A stretch of DNA of 63,427 nucleotides, counting the filler, from Octopus bimaculoides (Eukaryota): NCBI RefSeq assembly GCF_001194135.2. It is 4 parts of 4 records of this genome, joined end to end, with 100 filler letters (N's around TTAATTAATTAA, not from the genome) between each part and the next. Parts side by side here need not be neighbours in the genome. Positions count along the whole stretch, not along the records: positions 32,305 to 61,231 come from NC_069001.1; positions 61,332 to 63,427 come from NC_068999.1; 2 more parts are not named here. The stretch is one strand, 5' to 3'. The notes under the pieces are model-generated. The model was not told the DNA's origin and searched no databases. It saw only the letters and a list, made by a program, of their open reading frames with translations. Position 1 is the first letter of the stretch. The number at the start of each line of letters is the position of its first letter. The position numbers were made by a program, and so were the translations under genes. Below, in pieces: positions 53,191 through 63,427 of this stretch.

Positions 53191-53961
53191 GGCTTTATAA
53201 GAAATCAATATTTGATTGAATACACTATTCCATTCCATATAAATTGATGTCGTACGTATTCAACCGACTGAATGCTTATAATCAATATTATTGCCCATCG
53301 TTGCGCAAAATGTAAATCGGCATATTGTAGAGACTTCAAAACTTAGCAATCCGGACGAAACAATATGCAGTATTTAGTAATCTTCTTTAATATCTCCAGT
53401 TCAAATACCGCTTATGACGATTTTTCTCTCCGTAGTTTCTGCTTGGATAAACACAAGAGCCAGTAAACCAGGGGGCATCTGATCACCATAGAGTGTGTGC
53501 CTTGCGCTAATTGTTAGAAATCATGATTAAGAGCCTCTTCATGGCATTAAAAATAATTTGGTGGAATATACTGATATCGAATATATTAGCCATGTTATGT
53601 CCTTATAAATGCATGGATAGAAGCCACCAACTAATCAGTCTCGAAGAAGTTGCTTGACCTGTAAAGTTAAGCAACCATTTTGTCATCGAATTACAACGGG
53701 ATTGAACTGAAAAAGTAGAGTAAGTTAGCGAACGTAGTCCTAGAAATACAGACAGTGAAATTTTTTGGATAGTGTAGTTTTTGATAGTCCTTCAATAAAA
53801 CTGATCATTTCTCCGCTCGGCTAGAGTTAACTTGGAGATAAATACAAGCAACAACGTATGTGCCAAGTCCTAGCCGATCGCCGAGAAATATAGAAATAAG
53901 AACGTAGAAATACAGAAAACGTAGTCCTAGAAATACAGTCCTAGAAATTCAGAAATACAAA

Positions 53962-54181
53962 CTAGACAAGTTTCGGTTCTATTAAGCCTTCTCAGTAAAG
54001 TACAGTTAAACACGTAGTTGAAGGTTTCAATAACAGTGACAAGTATTACGTTTTAAGGTAACCGTATTATGTAATATTCTGGATTTAATGGTATATTTTG
54101 AGTGGCATTATTGCCATATTAGAACGGAATTGATGGTTCCGAGCCTCGAACATTCATATGTCAGCTGTGTGCAGAATATGA
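53962..54181 (-). repeat. Inverted partner of 51771-51996
   Basis: Manual alignment; both copies end at ...CCGAAACTTGTCTAG. Confidence 0.9.
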
Positions 54182-54523
54182 GAGGCCATACCAGGAACTC
54201 TTTAAATAACTTGGCAACTAAAACCCAACATGAGAAATGTTTGGCCGTTTAACAGCGTGAGGTTGAGTTCTTATGGTTTTGTGCTTCCTTTTGGGATTTG
54301 CGCTTTATTATTTGCTACTTTACGGTCTTCGACGTCGCCAGGGTCTGTGAGGTTCTTGAAAGGAAGTGAAGATGTTGGAGTCAAGAGAAAGCTCTAACCC
54401 AAATTCTTACAATCTAGTAAACACCTTTAAATGAACCCTAAGACCATGTGGGGTATTAAAATGTGGGTAGTTCATATCTACCATAAAAGAATTTAGAACG
54501 TGGCGTACTGGGACAGAAACTAT

Positions 54524-54752
54524 AAGGCGGCGAGCTGGGAGAAACATTAACACGACGTGCGAAATCTTCGTCTGCCGCTACGTTATGAGTTCGAATTCCG
54601 CCGAGGTCGACTTTGCCTTGCATCCTTTCGGGGTCTATTAAATAAGTACTAGTTATGCACTGGAGGTCGATATAATCGACTTAATCCGTTTGTCTATCCT
54701 TGTTTGTTCCCTCTGTGTGTAGCTCCCTGTGGGCAGTAAAGAAATAAGAAAC
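54524..54752 (+). mobile_element. Family-1 SINE, long-tail monomer
   Basis: AAGGCGGCGAGCTGGGAGAAAC...GAGTTCGAATTCCGCCGAGGTCGAC...GGGCAGTAAAGAAATAAGAAAC. Confidence 0.85.
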
Positions 54753-55430
54753 TACAAGGCGTCAAACAATGCTGCCTCAATTTACTACTACCCCACCCCG
54801 AAATGGCATTTGATTTCATTGTCCTTGTAAGGCAAAACGTAATGTAAAGTTGACTTCTAGGGGATTCAGAATGAGAGCGTACAGAGCCGGGATAAATTCT
54901 GTAAGGCATTTTATATTCTCCTGTAACGACCGCGCTAAAATAGCGCTAATGTCACAATACAATGGTATCTACGGAAATCAGGGTTTATTGCTATGCCTAT
55001 GTGAGTATCTATAGTATTGTTATAGTGGTGTTTAGCCGCAAAGAGTTCTGATTAAACTATCCGATATTCCAGAGTGTTCCAGCCATTGTAAACCCGAGAT
55101 TTTTTATTTACTTATTTACTTATTTATCTTTAGCTTATTCGTCTATTTAGTTATATATTTATTAACAGGGTGTATTTCTTCGCTATTTCTAACAACTCGA
55201 AGCAAGCAAGCAGTGTCACCCTTCACAGCTCTGATTCCAAGTAGTAGTAGTAGTGGCGGCGGCGGCGACAATAGCAACAGCAGCAGTCGCATGCAACCTG
55301 CCTCCTTCTGAAATGGTAACGACTGATTATGATCAGGCCTACATTCCTTTCTCCAGCTGCTTTTCATTATTCCCATTCTTTCTTTCTTTTTGAGTGTATC
55401 AGAGCGTCCGTTATTCACTGAATGACCCGC

Positions 55431-55461
<31 letters not shown>

Positions 55462-56929
55462 TGGTCTGAGAACAAACTACTTGATTAGAAATATTGTTCT
55501 ATCATTCGTCTATTCATTGGCACAACATATCCGTTGAATTACAGTTTATGTTCTCTAAGCATGCATGCATTCACCAAAAGCTCTTCCTCTCAGATATCTT
55601 TGATCATACTGTGGCCCGCGTGACCCACTGAAAATTTAGTTTTAACTTCTTAGTAATGCTGCCCGACTGAAAATCAGTCGTGTCTCATTTTTTTCAGCTT
55701 CTCGAAAACAATTACCCGTGCTTATTTAAATGAAACGTTCGCTTTGCTAAAAGTAGTCATTAAATGAGATACCCAATATTTTCAGGCTTGTGAAATTTTA
55801 GGGATATTGTAGTCTTTCATAGACTTTCAATAACATTGATTATTTTTCCGCTCGGCTAGAGTTAACGTACGTGGGAGGTCCTAAGTGATATTTCGACAAG
55901 ATGAACGGCATCATTCTTAAACCATATTATACTCTGTGAAAACAGACAAGTGCATAGCCATAGATATATATGCAAACAGGGTGAACACACTCAGTGTATG
56001 CAAGATGAGGATCATCTAAATATACAAAATGTATAGGGCCTCAATAAGGGATCATCTATGGAGATTTTCGGTCTATGTGACATAGCAGTCGAGCCTTTCT
56101 CAATGCATACAATCTACCAGGTTATATAACGATGTATTGTATATTTTCCCATAAAAATAATTCTGGTCAACTCTAGACACACCTTCAACCTTTGGTCTAA
56201 CTCTTCTGCCACAGCTCATCTGGCACTAAACATTATACACTAACCTAGTACTCCGTCGCTTACGACGACGAGGATTCCACTTGATCCGATCAATGGAATT
56301 ACCCGTTCGTAAAATGAACTTGCAAGTCGCTGTGTGTATGTGTCCGTCTTTCTCCCTGCCTATATCCGTTGACAATAAGTTTTGGATTGTTTACAACCCC
56401 ATAGGTAAGCAGATCGGGAAAAGTGACTAGCAGAATAAAGATCAGGCATTAATAAAAATTTAAAAAAAGGAAAATAATGGTTGTTTGTTAGACTGAAGTC
56501 GTCAAAGATGTGCCCCATCAAGGCACAGTTCGATGACTGAATCACATAAAAGATAAAAGATACGATTTCATCAGATTTTGTATTTTGTTCTTTTTCTAAC
56601 AAATGATAGAGTATACATCTTTATCTTTCTTTATCCTCTACTTGATTCGTTTGTGACTTGACTGAAGTGACCCCCGTCGTTTTTCTTTTAAAGCTTGGTA
56701 TTCTATTCCTTCTCTTTTGCTGAAACGCTAAGTATTGCGGACGTATACACGCCAACACCGGTTATCAATCAGTGATGGAGGGCAAACACATAGTGATGGA
56801 GGGCAAAACACACACATATATATATATATATATTTACACGAGCACACGCATATATATAACTATACATGTATACATATATACGCATATATATACATTTATA
56901 TTTACACACATGCATATACACACACACAT

Positions 56930-57004
<75 letters not shown>

Positions 57005-57319
57005 TACACACATACACACATATATATATATATGTATGTATACTATTAAATAAATGGAGTTATACGCATGTGTTAAATGATTTCTTGTTAACACATGCGT
57101 ATAACTCCATTTATTTAATATTATATATATTTATTCAAAATACCTCAAATCTACATGGAGTTTCTACCTCATAAACAGGAGTTACACCAAAGTTATTTTG
57201 TGAACGTTACTACCCTGGTAACTATTAACCAATTTATTTTGTCAGAGTTAATTTTTAACTACGAGAAAATAAATACATATAATTATATATGTATGTATTT
57301 ATATACATATATATGCAAC

Positions 57320-57475
57320 TGAATTCTTTCAGCTTCCGTCTAGCAAATCCAATCAAAAGGCTTTGGCCGGCCCGTGGTTGTAGTCGAAGATATTGAGAAG
57401 GTACTAAGCATTAAGATTGAACCCAGAATCATATAGTTGGGAAGGAAATTTCTCTCCACATAGTCACGCGTGCCA
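57320..57475 (-). mobile_element. Degenerate family-2 SINE 5' half
   Basis: Reverse complement of the 36370-36505 type sequence. Confidence 0.6.
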
Positions 57476-58251
57476 GGTTTGTTGTTGTTGTCGTTGCCTT
57501 ACCTTTAATCTGCTACAGTGAACAGATCTATGACGAGAAGTATTATACTATTTACTGTTCCCCATTCATTTCTAATTATTTATATTCACTGACACTCCAA
57601 GAAAAGAAAACAATATAAACAGTGGGAAATAAAATCCAACTTTTCTATGTCAACGAAGTTTTGAGGGAGATCTGGGGAGCGGTATTTAGCATGACGAATC
57701 GAGTGACGTCTCAGAGTCTATGCCGCTGGGACAATTGGTTATTATAAGTGCAATATCGATTAGATTTAAAAGAGATAATAAAAATATTTAAAACCGTCGT
57801 AAAGTAGCAGATTTTCTTCATAAAAATGTACAACAGAGAATTATACATGATTGAATATTTGAAATGTTACGGACATTTAGTAATTGCCTAAGATCAATAT
57901 TAATTCCTATGACAATACTCATAGATATTACAAGTAAGATTCATATAAAGTAGTAGTGGTGGTGGTAGCGGCGGTGTTGTTGTTGTTGTTTATGCTGGTT
58001 TTGACTGAATATTGTCTACACTGTTAAGGAATATTCGATTAATGGATGTTTGGCAAAGACAATCGGTGCATCAGACTGAAGTGTAATTGTGGTAAATATG
58101 CGTATCTCGACTACCTCCTCTTGCAACTAGTTTACTTCGTCATTCGTGTGCGTGCAAATTTAATCTACCAATCTGTATACGGATCTATATATTCACACAC
58201 GCACAAACGCACGCACACACACAAACATATGTACATGTATATGTACATATG

Positions 58252-58336
<85 letters not shown>

Positions 58337-58450
58337 AAATGCTTATATATCTTTGTGCGTGCTTATATGGGTGTGTTTGTATATGTATGTATGCTTGTAT
58401 GTTTATATGATGCAAACAAACATGTTTTGCTTTCCTATAAATTTCAAATC

Positions 58451-58494
<44 letters not shown>

Positions 58495-59107
58495 TAAGGT
58501 GCCAGTCGAGGAATAGAGTTGTTGCAATTGACCTCCCCGTCCCTTCAAAATTACTGTCCTGGTACCAAAAATTATAAGGGGCTACTTTATTTTTTTGATT
58601 GGGTGACACTTTTTGGAGCATCAGAAAAGTATCATATATCATATTTGAACACATAGAATATTGACGTTCATTTTTTCAGTATCAATAGACTAAAGTACTG
58701 GCGTCGATGTAATCACTCAGCCGCCATCTCTTGAAATTCCGCACCTAAAATTGAAAGAATTATGTTATCCTTAAGATTCCAACCAGATTCCATCGACTAC
58801 CACAAGAAAAATACGTAAATTTCTACATAAATACATAAATGCGCACACAAATCACGAATTCAGTCGACCAATGTTAATAGAATCTCTATCTCTAACCGAG
58901 AGGTAATATTTATCTCTACTTAAACGTGTATGTTCTGATTGAACACACTATACTCTGGTATTTACCATGCGAGAAACCACTATATTAGCTTTTGGTGCAA
59001 AATGCACTGAGGTTTATATCGACAGCGGGGAGATACGTCACCACCACCTGAATAAGAGTACGTTTAGGAGACTTGTTCATTTTGTAAGAACACGCAACGT
59101 ATAAATA

Positions 59108-59790
59108 ATCTTTTCTACTATAGGCATGTAGTCTGAAGTTTGAGGGGAGGGGACAGTCGATTCCATCAACCCCTATACTCAACCGGTATTTGTTTCATGG
59201 ACCCCGAAAGGATAAAAGGTGAAGTCGACCTTAACGGAATTTGAACGTAAACACGGACGAAATAGCGCTAAGCATTTTGCCTGGTGTGCTAACGATTCTG
59301 CCAGGTAACTTATTTCAGCAGCCTAATAATAGTTTCAAATTTTGCTACAAGGGCAGCAAATTAGGCGGAGGGGCCTAGTCAATTACATCGAAACACTGGT
59401 GTTTCACTGGTATTTATTTCATCGACCTCGAACGGATGAAAAGCAAACTCAACCTTGGCAGAATTTGAACTCAGAACGTAAGGACGAAAGAAAGGCCACT
59501 AAGCATTTTGCCCACCGTCCTAACTTTTCTGCTAGCTCAGCGACTTACGCAGCCTATAAATAATCCTTTCTATTATAGGAACAAGGCCTGAACATTTGTA
59601 GAAGGAGATAAGTCGATTACATTTACCCCAGTGCTTAACTAGTGCTTATTTCATCGACACCGTAGGATAAAAAGCAAAGTCGACCTTGGCGGAATTTGAA
59701 CACAGAACGTAAACACAGGCGAAATACCTCTTAGCATTCCACCCTCTGTACTGACCCGGGCAGTTCACCGACCTAAGCAGCCTATAAATA
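59108..59790 (-). mobile_element. Tandem cluster of three family-1 SINEs
   Basis: Three head-to-tail bodies, each followed on the + strand by GCAGCCTA(T)AA(A)TAAT. Confidence 0.85.
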
Positions 59791-61331
59791 ATAGCATTTT
59801 ATTTTCATATCTTCAATTTCAAGCAAAAACTTGAAACAAATTTTATACGGGTCATAAGACAGACCGACAGTCAATGCCAACCTAGAACTACATGGTAGGA
59901 TCGATAACATTCATGCTGTCCATGTTTGTAAATTACTGGTTATCTCTACTGAATAATCATAACACTATGCTCAGTTACAGATATGGAAATTTATATTTCA
60001 AGCGGTAACTCTATCGTGATGATCACTTGTTATATTGCAATGAACGTATTTGATGTCCGAGTTTTAATTAAAGCCCAATGGCATGAAGTAATCCATCCCC
60101 AATACATATTTTGTGGAATCTACCATAACACATGGGTAATTTCATATTGATTTACTTAGTAGGACAGCGAACTATAGATGCTTAGAATATATATGGGCAT
60201 ACAGATGCGCAGACGTGAAGGGATGCATGAGTGCATAGGAAAAAAAATACAGATAGATAGATAGATAGAGGGATAGATAGATAGATAGATAGACAGATAG
60301 ATATTTAATATATATGTTATTACAGACAGTGTCGGGAAGCGCTCAAGTATTGAACCTGAGACGTTAGGTATAAATATTTTTTAAAATAAAGATGAGAAAT
60401 TTTATAGGTTCGACAATTAAAAATCATTACACTATAAAACGATTCAAAATGAGTAATTACAGTATATTTAATGCATCTCTCATTAGAAAGTTCAATATCG
60501 AACAATAATAAAAATTTCAAAATCATAGACGCACCAAATATATGAAATATATAATACACATATAGGTTCGACAATATTATAGAAATCTATAAAAATATAT
60601 GTTAAAAATATATAAACATATAAAAGTTATTGTCCTACTTACTAATAAATGTTAGGCTAAAAAAAATGATATTGGAAACGATTATAACCTATCTGATTTC
60701 TCACCTTTATTTTGAAAAATATTTATATATATATTGTTTTTATAGTTAACCTTTTTGTTTCCACTATTTCCCTGTAATAATTTAAGACAGCATGGTCAGG
60801 GAATTGTGAAGTCTTGTAAAATTTTTATTATGATCACTACGGATCTAATTTACATAGATGATACAAATACAAACAAATGTACAAAATGTATGAGTTCTTT
60901 TTAAAAATTCTTTACGATGTTTTTATAAAATTTCAAAAAACGATGACTTTGAATATCCAGACATACATATGCATGCATACCCACACACATCTATATAAAT
61001 ATATATATATATACACATACATACATACATACATACATACATACACACATACCCATACATACACCTACACACATGTATGTCTATAAAAAGAAGGGGAGAT
61101 TGGGTTTTTCAACCCGGCAGCCTATAAGGCCCAGCAGTTTGCCTTTTATTTTCACAATGATTAGTTTGGGTGACTTACACCCACCTTTTTCACTACTTCC
61201 TTCCATCTTCGTTCATATACTTTCTCAGACANNNNNNNNNNNNNNNNNNNNNNNNNNNNNNNNNNNNNNNNNNNNTTAATTAATTAANNNNNNNNNNNNN
61301 NNNNNNNNNNNNNNNNNNNNNNNNNNNNNNN

Positions 61332-61366
<35 letters not shown>

Positions 61367-61981
61367 AATTATACTGAAACATATATACATTACCAATAAT
61401 TGTAATTATAAAATATCATTTGAACATCCATACGTATCAACATAAAAATTCAATATGTGTGAGTGTGTGTGTGTGTGTTTGTTTGTTCGTGATGAATATG
61501 CATGTATGCACGTGTGAACGTCTATATGCATCCATACTCACGCATAGATATTTAGCAGCATATTGCAACCATTACACACAGACGCACATACATATAGAAA
61601 AGCTGACAAACAGAAATATGTCTACGTTCATGAGTATATACACACATACATACATACATACATACATACATACATACAGGTATGCATACACAGATGTATA
61701 TACATACTTCGACACATATATGCACAATAACATGCATAGCATCCAGCATATATAATGTTTACATATATACAGACATATATACACACCAAAGGCTCAGAAG
61801 AGAAAATTTATCTTACATCTACGATTCCATATTAATCATTCCAGCAATTGCCTTCCGCTGTTTCTTGCTAATATATGTATGTATATATATGTACGTGTGT
61901 ATAATTTATATGATTTTATGCCTATATATGTGTGCATAGGTGTGTTAGCGTGTTCTTGTGTGGTTATATGTATATATTCAA

Positions 61982-62040
<59 letters not shown>

Positions 62041-62503
62041 AAGACAGGCATACGTAGATGTATGTATGTGTGTATGTGTGTGTGAGTGTGTACATACTAT
62101 TCATATCGTTATGTGTCAACTTATTTACACATTGCTGATATATTTGATTATGTTGTTAAATTCTTACTAGTTTCAGGTCGACAACGTTTCAATATGCAAC
62201 AAATATATCATCCATATTTACTTTAATATATATGTCGCTTGTCTGTATGTGTGTTTGTTGCAGTTGCGTGTATAATGGTTTTTATTCTATCTATTCGACA
62301 AGATGTCTTTTTCGATCTCTGGCTCTGTTAGTCTCTCTCTGTCTATTTTTTTTATTGCATTTTGTTTCATGTTGTCTTGGTTTTGAAAGTTTTGGTTTAC
62401 AAACAACAGAAAATATATGCGGATATATAAGGGTATGTGTATGTACACATTCTTATGTACCTATATATAGACGCACATATTTTTCGTTACCTATATGTGT
62501 ACG

Positions 62504-62600
<97 letters not shown>

Positions 62601-62950
62601 ATGTGCGAGTGTGTGTGTGTATACACATATGTACAAACACATATATAAATATATATATATATACATGTGTATATATACTTAGCCCTAAACACGTACATGT
62701 GCAAATGTATGTGTGCGAGTGTGTTTTGTGCATGCATGTGTGTGTATTTGTGTGCGTGTGCGTGTGCGTGTATGCTCTTAGTGGACGTAGGTAAGGTGAG
62801 AATTTCAAACATACTCAATCACGAGGTAGGGGCCACATTTGCGCATGGTTATTGCAGTTGGCACCTCAGGTCACGTACATACATGTGAACGTATATCTGT
62901 TCGTATACATGTATATGCGTGAATAGATAGATAGATAAATATATAGATAT

Positions 62951-63017
<67 letters not shown>

Positions 63018-63427
63018 TATAGATAGATAGACATATTTGTACGTACGTATATGCGTCTTTACGGATGAATGTATGAACGTACATTCATGTGTGTGCGTGT
63101 TTCTACCTATCTGTATAGCATTTTTATATACACACTATCAAATGTACGTATATATTCATAAGTGTGTATACATAAAACATAATTGGCATGTGTGTATAAA
63201 TATCTACATCGAGTGACATATATGCGTGTGTGTGTGTGCGTGTGTGTGTGTGCGTGTGTATGAATATACAGGTATATGTATACATATCCGTGCATAGTAC
63301 ATATGTGTATGTGTATGGTTCTGTATATGTGTCTGTGTATGTAAATGTACTTGTATATTTGTGTGTATGTATGTATGTATGTATGTATGTATGTATATGG
63401 ATGTATATATATATATACATGTATATA

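Noticed and set aside
55780-55815. TTTTCAG|GCTTGTGAAATT as candidate exon-3 acceptor (ACEILG)
   Set aside because: Wrong phase for the phase-1 junction, closed by TAG within a few codons, and overlaps a dispersed repeat.

Overview
Eukaryotic, AT-rich, microsatellite-saturated draft-assembly window with many N gaps; the repeat landscape looks like an Octopus (coleoid cephalopod) genome (inference, no database search run). Only one host gene is supported: the 5' part of a kainate-type ionotropic glutamate receptor on the + strand. It has a probable signal-peptide exon at 26822-~26906 and a clear ATD exon at 35442-35603, and no further exon was recognised in the remaining ~28 kb. The rest is retroelement debris (Tx1/L1, R4/Dong, RTE-like, pogo/mariner remnants), dozens of tRNA-derived SINEs and simple repeats. 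Almost all ORF-track entries are microsatellite or N artefacts. The main discovery is a set of hammerhead ribozyme (HHR) motifs from at least four repeat families. The most striking is a ~300 bp element made of a tRNA-like Pol III head, (AAT)n, a minimal type I hammerhead and a short tail. It occurs five times, three of them as inverted duplications whose inverted arm lacks the last ~33-37 nt, the pattern described for Penelope-like element insertions. This suggests a tRNA-headed SINE mobilised by Penelope-like machinery. Several strong hairpins and one ~220 bp inverted repeat pair lie in the receptor introns.
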